From Rhodothermaceae bacterium (lineage in GTDB: Bacteria > Bacteroidota > Rhodothermia > Rhodothermales > Bin80): a stretch of 64,000 nucleotides of DNA. The position numbers and the translations under genes are program-made. Positions 39,254-49,695 of the stretch are shown in pieces. Below the pieces are notes generated by a model that searched no databases, was not told the DNA's origin, and worked only from the letters and a program-made list of their open reading frames with translations. The DNA is taken from positions 8,196 through 72,195 of the forward strand of contig VXSC01000042.1 in NCBI GenBank assembly GCA_009838195.1, in the 5' to 3' direction. How positions within the stretch are numbered: position 1 is the first letter of the stretch; every line of letters starts with the position of its first letter.

Positions 39254-39303
39254 GCGTCCGACTACGGATCAGAAGGTTCGGGGAATCGAATTCTCCTAAG
39301 CAC
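39254..39303 (+). repeat. Degenerate direct copy of the 3' half of tRNA-Arg(ACG) (att-like relic)
   Basis: 39254-39277 matches tRNA positions 37608-37631 at 23/24. The following ~25 nt match the T-arm and acceptor 3' strand at about 18/24 with one inserted T. No D-arm or 5' acceptor strand lies upstream, so this is not a functional tRNA. Confidence 0.65.
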
Positions 39304-39330
39304 GTAGAGTCAACCTCAGGAATTTGAGGC

Positions 39331-40365
39331 CTAGCGACTAACTCGCCCGGAGGCATCGCCAGAGAGCAGTTTTTCCACCTCTGCCACAGTTACTTGGTTG
39401 AAGTCGCCCGGGACGGTGTGCTTGAGACAGGATGCGGCTACACCAAAATTCAGGGCACTCTGATCGTCTCCTCCAAATGATAGAAGCCCATAGATAAGAC
39501 CTGCTCCAAATGAATCGCCTCCCCCAACCCGGTCAACAATTGGAGTAACCTCATAAGTAGGTCCATGGAGGAGCTCCGACCCGTTCCACAGAACTCCCGA
39601 CCAAATATTGTGTGAGGCGCTGATCGAGCTTCTTAGTGTAGTCACGGCACGTTTGCAGCGTGGAAAAATCTCCATCAGTTGTCTCCCCACCGGCTCATAT
39701 GTTGAAGCATCCAAATGGCCGCTTCGAACTTCTACTCCCTCAGGGTGGATCCCAAAAACTTTTTGGGCATCTTCTTCATTGCCAATAATCACATCACAGA
39801 AAGAAACCAGCCCGTGCATAACCTCTGCGGGAGTTTTTCCCCACTTCCATAATCGTCCCCGATAATTGAGATCAACGGAAATCGTTAGGTCATGACGGCT
39901 GGCCGCCTCAAGAGCTTCTTTAACAGTCAGTGCGGCTGTTTCGGAGATCGCAGGTGTAATTCCTGTCCAATGAAACCAATCCGCTTCACAAAAGACCTCG
40001 TCCCAATCAATCATCCCGGGCGTGATGGAGGCTATTCCTGAATGTCCGCGGTCATAGAGGACCTTGCTTGCCCGTGCCGATGCACCTGTTTCCAGGAAGT
40101 AAATACCCAAACGTTCACCCCCTCGCTGCATGAATTGCGTGTCAATCCCAAATGCAGCCATGGTCCGGATTGCACTGGTCCCCAACTCGCTGGATGGTAC
40201 CCGAGATACAAATGTGACAGGGATTCCATACTGGGACAATGAGACAGCAACATTTGCTTCTGCTCCTCCATAACTTGCATCAAAGGACGATGCCTGGGTG
40301 AATCTTTGGAATCCCGGAGTAGAAAGTCTCAGCATAATTTCGCCGAAGGTGACGCAGCGTTTCAT
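39331..40365 (-). CDS. kdgK: 2-dehydro-3-deoxygluconokinase (PfkB family)
   Basis: 344 aa. The N-terminus is VTFGEIMLRLSTPGFQRF, with GGAEANVAVSL and the PfkB signature VGGGDSFGAGLIYGL. Confidence 0.8.
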   Translation of the reverse strand: MKRCVTFGEIMLRLSTPGFQRFTQASSFDASYGGAEANVAVSLSQYGIPVTFVSRVPSSELGTSAIRTMAAFGIDTQFMQRGGERLGIYFLETGASARASKVLYDRGHSGIASITPGMIDWDEVFCEADWFHWTGITPAISETAALTVKEALEAASRHDLTISVDLNYRGRLWKWGKTPAEVMHGLVSFCDVIIGNEEDAQKVFGIHPEGVEVRSGHLDASTYEPVGRQLMEIFPRCKRAVTTLRSSISASHNIWSGVLWNGSELLHGPTYEVTPIVDRVGGGDSFGAGLIYGLLSFGGDDQSALNFGVAASCLKHTVPGDFNQVTVAEVEKLLSGDASGRVSR

Positions 40366-40407
40366 TTTCGATTCTGTTGTGTGATCTAAATAGAGTGATA
40401 GGGGGAC

Positions 40408-41889
40408 CTACATTGCCCATCCTGGAATCGTTCCAGTCTCGATTCTAAATACCCACAAGATCAGTGAATAGGCACAGATGGTAATCAATAGGAGGAAAGC
40501 GAAGTTCAGTGCAAGACCTGCACGTGCCATCTCGAAGACGGTAACACGTCCACTCCCGTAAACAATTGCGTTAGGTGGCGTGGCAACGGGAAGCATGAAG
40601 GCACAACTGGCTGCCAGGGCCGCGGGGATTGCCATAAGTAAAGGATTTTCTCCAACGGCCAACGCCAGAGCGGCCAAGACGGGCAAGAACGTTGCCGTGG
40701 TCGCCGCGTTGCTGGTGATTTCTGTGAGAAAAACGATGATACCGGTCGTCATGAGGATAATCAGGATCGTTGGGAACCGCTGCAGGGGCTCCAGTGATTC
40801 ACCGAGCCAGACAGCAAGGCCACTCCCGGAAACAGCACCTGCCAGACTAAGGCCTCCTCCGATCAGAATCAATGCCCCCCACGGTAGTTGTTTTGCGGTT
40901 TCCCAGTCCTGTGTAAAGATCCCCCGTTTGAAGTCAACAGGGATAACAAACAGCGATAAGCCTCCGATCATCGCAATCCCGGCATCCGTGAGCCCAGGGA
41001 TCCACGTAATAAGCAGAGGGCGTGTGATCCAGAGAAGCGCAGTGACCAGAAAGACGATGCCAACAATTCTCTCTCCCTTCTTTACCGGGCCAAGCTTACC
41101 CCGCTCACGCTCAATCAGGTCGGCACTTCCAACTAGGTCATTCTTAGCAAAGGAATAGAGAACCTTTGTAATCATGAAAAACACAAGGGGGACACCAATC
41201 AAAACAATTGGAGCCCCAACCGAGAACCATCTGGTAAAGGTGATCGTGTATCCGTATTCGCTTTCGAAGAATGCACTAATAAACGCATTGGGGATGGTAC
41301 CAATGAGGGTCCCCATCCCACCTATGTTTGCAGCATAGGCAACGCCCAGCAGTAATGCAACCGCAAAGTGGTGCTTGAAACGCTCACTGCCACTCTCAGT
41401 ATCGACTAGTGCAATTACGGAAAGGGCGACAGGAAGCATCATCAAGGTCGTGGCAGTATTACTTACCCACATACTCAGTCCTGCGGTTGCAATCATGAAT
41501 CCTGCAATTAAAGCCCGCGGTCCTGTGCCTACGCGCGCGATAATCCACATGGCAATCCGCCGATGTAACCCCCATCTCATCATGCTCAGGGCGATCATAA
41601 ATCCTCCCATGAACAAAAAGATGATTGGATGGGCATAAGGCTCTGCGGTTTCTTGGGCGGTGCGAACACCTAAAATGGGAAATAACACCAAGGGCAGAAG
41701 CGAAGTAGCAGGAATGGGAATAGATTCACAGATCCACCACGTCGCCATAAGCAGTGCAATCCCTGCTGTATACCACGCGGCCGCTGCCAGGCCATCCGGT
41801 GGCGGCAGAATAAATACGATGATCAACCAAAATGGGCCCAGGAACAGACCCATGTATTGGCGTATTCCGTAAGAGGAGGGTATCTCCAT
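40408..41889 (-). CDS. DASS/SLC13-family sodium-coupled anion (di/tricarboxylate or sulfate) symporter
   Basis: 493-aa polytopic ORF with two hairpin-like SNT/SNA motifs (VSNTATTLMM and ITSNAATTATFLP). Confidence 0.8.
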   Translation of the reverse strand: MEIPSSYGIRQYMGLFLGPFWLIIVFILPPPDGLAAAAWYTAGIALLMATWWICESIPIPATSLLPLVLFPILGVRTAQETAEPYAHPIIFLFMGGFMIALSMMRWGLHRRIAMWIIARVGTGPRALIAGFMIATAGLSMWVSNTATTLMMLPVALSVIALVDTESGSERFKHHFAVALLLGVAYAANIGGMGTLIGTIPNAFISAFFESEYGYTITFTRWFSVGAPIVLIGVPLVFFMITKVLYSFAKNDLVGSADLIERERGKLGPVKKGERIVGIVFLVTALLWITRPLLITWIPGLTDAGIAMIGGLSLFVIPVDFKRGIFTQDWETAKQLPWGALILIGGGLSLAGAVSGSGLAVWLGESLEPLQRFPTILIILMTTGIIVFLTEITSNAATTATFLPVLAALALAVGENPLLMAIPAALAASCAFMLPVATPPNAIVYGSGRVTVFEMARAGLALNFAFLLLITICAYSLILWVFRIETGTIPGWAM

Positions 41890-41938
41890 AATTCCCTTAA
41901 ATTACACTTTTATCCGCAGTTAACACCTTGATCCTTCT

Positions 41939-43423
41939 ATGTCGGTACTCCCCTGTATTCTCGGACTGGATGTATCCACCACTGCATCCAAAGCTGTTTG
42001 TATCAATTCCGAAGGTACCGTTCTTGCACAGGCATCTAACGAACATCAGTTATCCAGCCCATATCCACTTTGGAGCGAACAGGACCCCGAAAATTGGTGG
42101 TACGCCATGTGCAATAGTATTCGCAGTGTTCTGTTATCCGTTGACGTAAAAGCTGTACGGGCGATCGGACTGACCGGACAAATGCATGGCTTAGTTCTGT
42201 TGGATTCCCACGGAAAGGTGCTCCGTCCAGCCATGCTGTGGAATGATGGCAGAGCTGGAAAACAATGCGAATTGATCCGTGAACGGGTTGGGTTGAAGCA
42301 ACTCGTTGCCACCACGGGGAATGATGCATTCACAGGCTTCACGGCACCGAAGCTCTTGTGGGTCCGCGATCAGGAGCCGGAATCCTATGCAAGAATTGCT
42401 CAGGTCTTATTGCCCAAAGATTATATCCGCTGGAAGCTGAGCGGTACGTATGCAACAGATCGGGCGGGGGCAGGTGGGACCTTGCTGTTGGATCTCTCAA
42501 CTCGCACCTGGGCGGTGGATTTGCTCAGGGATCTTGAGATTCCAGAAGCTTGGCTTCCGCCAACACATGAGGGTACCGAGGCTACAGGTATTGTTGATCG
42601 AACAGGTGCATTGGAGACGGGCCTCCTGGAAGGAACACCAGTTTATGCAGGAGGCGGAGATCAGGCTGCACAAGCAGTTGGTGTAGGGGCAATTCATCCC
42701 GATACTTGGGCCGTGACCCTGGGGACCTCCGGGGTTGTCTTTGCTCCGTCGAAGGATCCACGCACCGAACCACTCGGACGTGCCCATGCATTCCCACATG
42801 CAATTCCTGAAACTTGGCATATGATGGGCGTCATGCTCAGTGCGGCGGGTAGCTTTCAATGGTATCGGGATACACTTGCAAGCCATATTTCGTTTGAGCA
42901 GTTACTTGAAGAAGCTGCAGAGGTGGAGCCGGGAAGTGAAGGACTTTTCTTCTCACCCTACCTTAGCGGGGAGCGTACCCCACATGCTGATCCACTGGTC
43001 AGGGGCAGCTTTATCGGGTTGACCTCTCGGCATACGCGCGGTCATCTCACAAGAGCAGTTCTTGAGGGAGTGGCTTACGGCTTAAGAGATAATTTGCAAC
43101 TTCTCCACGACGCGGGGCTGCCGACTCCTGAGCGGATCAGGATTTCTGGTGGTGGAGCAAAAAGTACGTTATGGCGGCAGATCCTATCAGATATCATGCG
43201 ACACCCACTGGGCGTGGTCGGGGTGACCGAAGGGGCGGCAATGGGAGCGGCATTGTTAGCGGGGACCGGTGTAGGTATTTGGGATTCCGTGCAAGCGGCT
43301 TGTGATTCAACGATCTCTGTTCACGAGCAATCTTTTCCCGGAGATGCAGAACGCGTGTATGCCAGCTTACATGAGCAGTTCAAGGAACTCTACCCACGTC
43401 TGAAAGGATTTTACAGCACGTAG
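41939..43423 (+). CDS. xylB: Xylulokinase (FGGY carbohydrate kinase)
   Basis: 494 aa. Motifs are ILGLDVSTTASK, WSEQDPENWW, GLTGQMHG, YAGGGDQAAQAVG and ISGGGAKS. Confidence 0.8.
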   Translation: MSVLPCILGLDVSTTASKAVCINSEGTVLAQASNEHQLSSPYPLWSEQDPENWWYAMCNSIRSVLLSVDVKAVRAIGLTGQMHGLVLLDSHGKVLRPAMLWNDGRAGKQCELIRERVGLKQLVATTGNDAFTGFTAPKLLWVRDQEPESYARIAQVLLPKDYIRWKLSGTYATDRAGAGGTLLLDLSTRTWAVDLLRDLEIPEAWLPPTHEGTEATGIVDRTGALETGLLEGTPVYAGGGDQAAQAVGVGAIHPDTWAVTLGTSGVVFAPSKDPRTEPLGRAHAFPHAIPETWHMMGVMLSAAGSFQWYRDTLASHISFEQLLEEAAEVEPGSEGLFFSPYLSGERTPHADPLVRGSFIGLTSRHTRGHLTRAVLEGVAYGLRDNLQLLHDAGLPTPERIRISGGGAKSTLWRQILSDIMRHPLGVVGVTEGAAMGAALLAGTGVGIWDSVQAACDSTISVHEQSFPGDAERVYASLHEQFKELYPRLKGFYST

Positions 43424-43427
43424 GTGG

Positions 43428-44462
43428 CTATTTGTATTTACTCTCATGGCGGTAGCGTACTCCGGTCGTACCGAGTGGAGCATTGGCACGAGTCCCAATG
43501 TTGAGTGAGTCAGCTCCCCGTTCCTGATAGAGAAAGTAGGCTGCACCAGCGACCATAGCGCCGTTATCCATACACAAATCACTACTTGGAGTAAAAATCT
43601 CGTAGCCATACTTTTTCGCGGCATGTTGCAGTGCTTTTCGCAGGGGAGTATTCAATGCAACCCCGCCGGCCAGCGTAATTTGGCGAAGTTGATGTTCCTG
43701 CGCGATGCGCATGGCTTTGGAGACCAACAGATCAATGATCGCCTGTTGAAAGCTCGCACACAGGTCTGCCTGATTCAGATCGGGAGCTCGGTCAATCGCT
43801 GCAATGACGGCTGTTTTCAAGCCACTAAAACTGAATTCTCCATCGGGGCGGTTGATCAATGGGCGGGGAAAATCATATGCATTCGGGTTTCCTTTTTCTG
43901 CAAGTTTTTCGATGGCTGCTCCACCGGGATAACCTAGTTTCAGATGGCGGGCGACTTTATCGAGCACTTCACCTGCAGCGTCATCCCGTGTATGGCCGAG
44001 CAACTCGTACGTACCATGAGAAATTACTTTGAGCAGGAGCGTATGACCACCTGCCACCGTGAGACATAGAAACGGAAAACGAAGCTCATTGGAGCGGCCC
44101 ATGAGGTTGGAATAAATGTGTCCCTCCAAATGATGGATTCCGATCAGTGGAATTCCACAGGCCAAGGCAATTGACTTTGCAGCAGAGACCCCTACCACCA
44201 GGGAAAGCATCAGTCCCTGGTGATGAGAAACCGCTACCGCATCTAGGTCTGAAAAAGAGATTCGGGCCTTTTCCAGTGCCAGCTCAAGAATAAAGTTGAT
44301 TTTGGCCGTATGCTCCCGGGCTGCGATCACGGGAACGATCCCTCCAAATCGGTCATGCGCTTCGTATTGCGATGCAATAACGTTTGAGAGCACTTTATGA
44401 CCGTCTTCTACGACAGCAACCCCCGTATCGTCACAGGAAGTATCGATCCCTAAAATTCGCAT
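43428..44462 (-). CDS. tsaD: tRNA N6-adenosine threonylcarbamoyltransferase
   Basis: 344 aa. Motifs are MRILGIDTSCDDT, the metal-binding GIHHLEGHIYS, and GGVALN. Confidence 0.93.
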   Translation of the reverse strand: MRILGIDTSCDDTGVAVVEDGHKVLSNVIASQYEAHDRFGGIVPVIAAREHTAKINFILELALEKARISFSDLDAVAVSHHQGLMLSLVVGVSAAKSIALACGIPLIGIHHLEGHIYSNLMGRSNELRFPFLCLTVAGGHTLLLKVISHGTYELLGHTRDDAAGEVLDKVARHLKLGYPGGAAIEKLAEKGNPNAYDFPRPLINRPDGEFSFSGLKTAVIAAIDRAPDLNQADLCASFQQAIIDLLVSKAMRIAQEHQLRQITLAGGVALNTPLRKALQHAAKKYGYEIFTPSSDLCMDNGAMVAGAAYFLYQERGADSLNIGTRANAPLGTTGVRYRHESKYK

Positions 44463-44470
44463 AGATCAGA

Positions 44471-45127
44471 TCAGTGAGATGCATCCTGCTCCACGTGAGA
44501 TGGCTGCAGGTAGGCAGGGGTGAGTGACTTAATATCCGCACCTTCTATACTGCCAGAAGTTTTCAATGCGGCAATTAAAGCTTCCGGCGGGAGCCGATCC
44601 ATGGAGAGGTATTTGTCATTTCCAGTAAACCGCTCTTTGAACGTATCACCATATTCAACAACATAGACTGAATTCGAGTCTGCAAGGATCTGTTGGATCA
44701 CGGTATCTATGGGATCTACCGCCATTTCCTGGGAATCGGATGTTGAATATCGCGCATAGTAGCACTGATTACGCCCAGCATTCATGAGCGTCCAGGAAGG
44801 TTTAGCACAACTCGCCGCCAGTGCATCAAGTGTATAGATCGGTATCAGAGGAGTTTCAAGTATCTGTGCCAGTGTTTTGGCCGCCGTAACCCCGATATTT
44901 AGTCCGGTCCAGGAACCCGGGCCAATAACTACGGCGATTTGGCTCAGATCCTGGGGAGTAATGCACAAATTTTCGAGGGATGCATGGATTTGCTCATGTA
45001 AATGCTCAGCAGGGCGGTCGCGAAGAATATGACTGGTGGATAGCTGATGATGCTCCGTGATCAGGACCGTAGTAAATGGTCCGGATGTGTCAAGAATCAG
45101 TGCTCGCATGATTTGACAGTTTATCAA
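44471..45127 (-). CDS. tsaB: tRNA t6A biosynthesis protein TsaB
   Basis: About 212-218 aa. Motifs are ALILDTSG and GPGSWTGLNIGVTAAKTLA. The start is possibly Met at 45109. The gene overlaps the end of tsaE. Confidence 0.8.
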   Translation of the reverse strand: MINCQIMRALILDTSGPFTTVLITEHHQLSTSHILRDRPAEHLHEQIHASLENLCITPQDLSQIAVVIGPGSWTGLNIGVTAAKTLAQILETPLIPIYTLDALAASCAKPSWTLMNAGRNQCYYARYSTSDSQEMAVDPIDTVIQQILADSNSVYVVEYGDTFKERFTGNDKYLSMDRLPPEALIAALKTSGSIEGADIKSLTPAYLQPSHVEQDASH

Positions 45128-45608
45128 GCAGCTCCACGTAACGCGGGGAAGTGGAGGATACCTGGAAGTTTCGCTGATTTTTGTCTTGTCCGAGTGAGAT
45201 GGAAATTGTCAGGAATTCTGGAACCAGGTCGGACAGGAATTTGGAGGCCCATTCGATAACTACGATATGATTCGGGTTCTCAAGTAGTTCTTGGAAGAGC
45301 ATGAAGTCTGTATTCGTCAAGGTGCTGAGCCTATAAAAATCAATATGAACCAGCTTACGGCTCCCGAAAAGATACTCTTGGACCAGGGTGTAGGCTGGGC
45401 TGGTCACATGGGTTGTTGCGGGGATGCCAAGTCCCCGGGCCAGTCCTTGCACGAAGCAGGTCTTGCCTGCCCCGAGTGGGCCATCGAGCCCCAAGACAGA
45501 TGGTTTGGGTAACCAGGCACCAATCGAGCGACCTAAGGATTGGGTTTCAGAGGGGCTGGAAGTTATGAGGTCAACCAAGTCATCATAGGAATTCTTGGTG
45601 CTGTGCAA
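45090..45608 (-). CDS. tsaE: tRNA t6A biosynthesis ATPase TsaE
   Basis: 172 aa. The P-loop is LDGPLGAGKTCFVQGLARGLG, followed by SPAYTLVQEY and HIDFYRL. Confidence 0.8.
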   Translation of the reverse strand: MHSTKNSYDDLVDLITSSPSETQSLGRSIGAWLPKPSVLGLDGPLGAGKTCFVQGLARGLGIPATTHVTSPAYTLVQEYLFGSRKLVHIDFYRLSTLTNTDFMLFQELLENPNHIVVIEWASKFLSDLVPEFLTISISLGQDKNQRNFQVSSTSPRYVELLDKLSNHASTDS

Positions 45609-45685
45609 CGCCGATTATCGTGCAGGGTTGCCCGTTAGTTCTTGATCGTAGTGTATCTTTATGGCTAAATCAAACCATTAGATCT

Positions 45686-46141
45686 ATGAGATTGTACTGG
45701 ATAGTCCCACTGTTCATCCTTGCTGCCTGCCAATCCGAGCCGCAGGTTACAACAGAGTCCGAGGCCGAAACGGAATACGTTCGATCCCAATCAGCTGAAG
45801 ATGCGGTTGTATATATCATTACGCCTGAGGATGGGGATGTCGTGCAAAGTGGCATGGTGAATATTAAGTTTGGTTTATCCGGCATGGGAGTTGCGCCAGC
45901 CGGCATTGAATTCCCCAACTCGGGTCATCACCACCTGTTGGTGAATGCAGCGGATGCGCCGGCTATGGATATGCCGATCCCAACAGATTCAGCTCATCTC
46001 CATTTTGGACTTGGGCAGACAGAAACCACATTGGAGTTAAGCCCCGGTACCTACACACTTCAGTTACTCTTGGGGGACTACAGCCATACCCCGCATGATC
46101 CGCCCGTGATGTCAGAACCAGTGACGATCACCGTCGAGTAG
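45686..46141 (+). CDS. DUF4399 domain-containing lipoprotein
   Basis: The likely start is MRLYWIVPLFILAAC (lipobox) at 45686, while the track ORF starts at 45620. The hallmark motifs are SGHHHLLV and HLHFGLGQTE. Confidence 0.65.
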   Translation: MRLYWIVPLFILAACQSEPQVTTESEAETEYVRSQSAEDAVVYIITPEDGDVVQSGMVNIKFGLSGMGVAPAGIEFPNSGHHHLLVNAADAPAMDMPIPTDSAHLHFGLGQTETTLELSPGTYTLQLLLGDYSHTPHDPPVMSEPVTITVE

Positions 46142-46231
46142 TGCGACACAGGCAGCCCGCATCTGCAGGGTGATTGCAAAATAATCCAATGCATAGCTCT
46201 CAGCGTACACGTGGGTTGAGATGATGGAGGT

Positions 46232-47707
46232 TTGAATTACCAGGAGAAGCGAATGAGGTCAAGGGAAGTTCAGCAGGGAGGAAGCATTTTATGGCTCCGC
46301 CGTGATCTTCGCTTGACTGACCAGCCGGCATGGCATGCTGCAATTGAAAAGCCGGGTCCAGTTTGGCCAGTCTTCATTCTTGATCCGTTGATTGAATCTA
46401 CTTATGGTGCAGCACCGAAGTGGCGGCTTGGAAAGAGCCTACATTCGTTGGCAGATAGTCTCGAAAAACAGAATAGCCGTTTACTTTTCCGGCGGGGAGA
46501 CGCATTAGAGGTTCTCCGGGCATTGATTCTGGAGACGGGTGCCAAACATGTTGTCTGGTCTAGGTTGTATGATCTGCAGTCTATGAAAAGGGATGAAGCG
46601 GTGCGGGTTGACTTAAATGCACGGGGGGTGGATGTCCATGAGGTGAATTCCAGTCTATTGTTTGAACCTGAGACGGTACATACGCGGACTGGCGGTTTTT
46701 ACCAGGTTTATACGCCTTATTGGCGGGCAGTGGAACGTCGGAAGGTATCATCTCCTCTAGATGCTCCAACTGATTTGTCACCGCCCCAGGATTGGCCAAG
46801 GAGTGACTCGCTCTCTGACTGGAAGCTCGGTGCTGAGATGTACCGTGGTGCTGCAGTGGTTTCTCGTTTTGCAAGAGTGGGGGAGCGGGCTGCCCGTGAA
46901 CGCCTCGAATGCTTCGTTGAAAACTCCATTGGGCGTTATAAATCCGAGAGAGACTATCCAGGCAATAGAGCAACGTCAAGATTATCTGAAAATCTCACTT
47001 ATGGAGAAATTTCTCCCAGAATGATTTGGCATGCTGGTAAGCGTGCATTGACGAACACGAGGAATCCAAGGGAGGTAGAGCATTTTCTGAAGGAGGTAGT
47101 TTGGCGTGATTTTGCCTATCACCTTCTATACCACACCCCCCATATTATCAGTAGGAATTGGCGACCGCAGTGGGATAATTTTCCGTGGCGCGAGGAAAAC
47201 GAGGATGCAGAAGCATGGCGGCGGGGGATGACAGGGATTGAGATGGTGGATGCCGCGATGCGCGAAATGTATGTGACGGGTACGATGCATAATCGCACCC
47301 GTATGTTGGCGGCCAGTTTTTTAACGAAACATTTGATGACCGGGTGGAAGATTGGGGAGCAGTGGTTCCGTGATTGTTTGATCGACTGGGATATTGCCGC
47401 CAATGCAATGGGCTGGCAATGGACGGCGGGTTCAGGTCCTGATGCCGCGCCATATTTTCGAATTTACAACCCGGAGACTCAGGCCAATAAATTTGATTCC
47501 GACCATAGTTACAGGGACAGATTTATTGCCGAGGGGCGCATGTTGCCCCATGAGGACGCATTAAGTTATTTTGAGGCGGTTCCAAAGTCCTGGAATCTCT
47601 CTCCTGATCGGCCTTATCCCGCTCCGATCATTGATTTGGGAGCAGGAAGAAAACGGGCAATGGAGGCTTACAGTAGGTATCGCCGAGTGTTGGCAAAAGA
47701 GGTATAA
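46232..47707 (+). CDS. phrB: Deoxyribodipyrimidine photolyase / cryptochrome family protein
   Basis: 491 aa. Motifs are ILWLRRDLRLTDQ, TSRLSENLTYGEISPR, GTMHNRTRMLAASFL and DIAANAMGWQWTAGSG. An alternative ATG start lies at 46253. Confidence 0.9.
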   Translation: MNYQEKRMRSREVQQGGSILWLRRDLRLTDQPAWHAAIEKPGPVWPVFILDPLIESTYGAAPKWRLGKSLHSLADSLEKQNSRLLFRRGDALEVLRALILETGAKHVVWSRLYDLQSMKRDEAVRVDLNARGVDVHEVNSSLLFEPETVHTRTGGFYQVYTPYWRAVERRKVSSPLDAPTDLSPPQDWPRSDSLSDWKLGAEMYRGAAVVSRFARVGERAARERLECFVENSIGRYKSERDYPGNRATSRLSENLTYGEISPRMIWHAGKRALTNTRNPREVEHFLKEVVWRDFAYHLLYHTPHIISRNWRPQWDNFPWREENEDAEAWRRGMTGIEMVDAAMREMYVTGTMHNRTRMLAASFLTKHLMTGWKIGEQWFRDCLIDWDIAANAMGWQWTAGSGPDAAPYFRIYNPETQANKFDSDHSYRDRFIAEGRMLPHEDALSYFEAVPKSWNLSPDRPYPAPIIDLGAGRKRAMEAYSRYRRVLAKEV

Positions 47708-47923
47708 GTCAGTTGGGACTTTGGAATGCCCGGATGGGATCTTCTGCTAAATACTTAGTGGGTTTTTACGTCCCGACGGTTACAGACTTTCCGCCCATAT
47801 TCTGCAGGATAAGACGGGAATCCTCTCGGAAGAAACGTAGTCGTTGCATCGGGTAGGTCTCCCGGGATTAGGCCGTACTTGATCCAAGCGATAGATTACC
47901 AAAGGCAAGGTAATATGCCAATG

Positions 47924-49084
47924 CTAGTCTTCAAGGAGTTCAATATTACTGCCGCGCACAACACCGACCAATGGGATGAAATCAGCATCACCATTGTCGT
48001 CAAAAGAAAATGGGCCATAGATCGTGTCCACGTTGTGCATCCCAGATAGTCCTTCCCTGACTGCCTCATTTGAAATATTCTCGGGAGCAACTTCCATAAT
48101 CGCTTTCAAAAGGAGGTCTGCTGCGGCGTGCGTCCGCGCATGAATATCGCTCGGGACCTCATTGTACCGTGCTTGATGTTCTCTTACGTATACCTGGCTT
48201 GCAGGGTGATTGCTACCTGCGATCCATGCGTGTAGCACCAGAATCCCTTCGGCTGAAGATGGTGCTGATTCGCGGACTAAACGAATATCAGAGGTGCTCA
48301 GCAGTGTAATCACGAAGGGCAGATCCGTAACACCTAATTCGTGAGCTTTCAGGACAAAATTCTGCCGGTCGGGAGCAAGTCCAAAAAAGAAAAGAACATC
48401 TAGCTCCGGGGTTGCACCGGTGAGTGCATTAATCTGAGGTGTCAGATCAGGTGAAGCATCACCGCCACGTCGGTCAAAAGACTGCTTCACGCCGATGGAC
48501 ACTCTACTGAGTTTCCCAATCTCCTCAACAAATTTATCCTCTGCACTTTGAGAAAACCGATCAGCTGCATTAGTCAGAATGCCGATGTTCTTGTAGTCAA
48601 GATGTGCGTGGGTTGCACGCACTCCGGCCGGCATTAGAATATCAACAGTGAGCGTAGATCGGAAGAGCCAATCAGATTTGGCAGCTAACCCCTGTGCAGC
48701 AGAGGCAGGGGCGATCGTGACAACACGAGCTTCATCAATGATGGGAATAATATGATTTGTGTTTGTCGAGGTGTAGGGTCCTAGGATAAATGCGACTCCA
48801 CCGGAGATAAGGCTGCGGAACGCATCCTCAGTACCTTCAGTGGTACTCTTACTATCTTCAACCGTGAGTCGAAAGGACGGGCGACCCTCGGTAAGGCCTT
48901 CATTCGCGAGAGCGACAGCCATTTCTGCCGCAACACGCATTTCCTGGCCAGTACGAGCCAAGGTACCCGTCAAGGGTGCTGCGAGGCCAATGGTGATTTC
49001 CAAGACCTGATCGTTACTTGAGCTGTCACATGCATTCAAGGTCAGAAAACACAGGACAGAGAGACTGACAAATAAAATTCTCAT
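47924..49084 (-). CDS. Periplasmic substrate-binding lipoprotein (type 1 PBP, Liv-like)
   Basis: 386 aa. The lipobox is LTLNAC-DSS. It has the two-lobe PBP1-like pattern (IGLAAPLTGTLA, AFILGPYTS). No cognate permease or ATPase genes are adjacent. Confidence 0.65.
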   Translation of the reverse strand: MRILFVSLSVLCFLTLNACDSSSNDQVLEITIGLAAPLTGTLARTGQEMRVAAEMAVALANEGLTEGRPSFRLTVEDSKSTTEGTEDAFRSLISGGVAFILGPYTSTNTNHIIPIIDEARVVTIAPASAAQGLAAKSDWLFRSTLTVDILMPAGVRATHAHLDYKNIGILTNAADRFSQSAEDKFVEEIGKLSRVSIGVKQSFDRRGGDASPDLTPQINALTGATPELDVLFFFGLAPDRQNFVLKAHELGVTDLPFVITLLSTSDIRLVRESAPSSAEGILVLHAWIAGSNHPASQVYVREHQARYNEVPSDIHARTHAAADLLLKAIMEVAPENISNEAVREGLSGMHNVDTIYGPFSFDDNGDADFIPLVGVVRGSNIELLED

Positions 49085-49344
49085 GGCATAAAGTACAGTT
49101 TAATCGTAAGTGGAAATCTTCAAATTTAAGACAGTAGCGCTCTCGGTACTTGGTCGTTAATACAGTGCATTGGCAAGGCGGTTCAGGCTAATTTCGGCTG
49201 TTGAGGCAATAACAGGCATCACGCAAGCTCAGGGAACAGAGATCGTAGAAATCTGATCATGAAAGTCAGCGGTCAGAGATAATCCGAAGTATGTTGGCAA
49301 AATCCCCAATCGCCCTACGGCGTGCGTGGCTCTGCATCGGATGA

Positions 49345-49689
49345 TTACGGGGACGATTCGATGGAAGCAGACTCTGTAGTCCCAGGTTCTGTAATCCCCA
49401 TACTGCCGCGAAATTCCGTGTCAGCAAGCGTAAGTGCCAGAAAGACGACGACAAATACAACCCCAAGGACCACAGTCAGCATATTGACTGGATTGTCGTA
49501 TTTCAGGGCCATAAAGATAAAGATGACTAGAATGGTCTTGGAACCCGCAATAGCCAATGCCAAAGGGACATTCAAGATCCCCAAATCAATCTGGGCAGTG
49601 ATGACCGTGATCAAAGTGAGAAACAGAAGCGCACCAAAAACCAAAGCAAGGGTGCGCACCGGAATGATATGATGGTGGCTCTGTGCCAT
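49345..49689 (-). CDS. Cytochrome c oxidase subunit IV (caa3/aa3 small subunit)
   Basis: 114 aa with 3 predicted TM helices. It starts 6 nt after the subunit III stop. The call rests mainly on position and topology. Confidence 0.6.
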   Translation of the reverse strand: MAQSHHHIIPVRTLALVFGALLFLTLITVITAQIDLGILNVPLALAIAGSKTILVIFIFMALKYDNPVNMLTVVLGVVFVVVFLALTLADTEFRGSMGITEPGTTESASIESSP

Positions 49690-49695
49690 AAAGCC

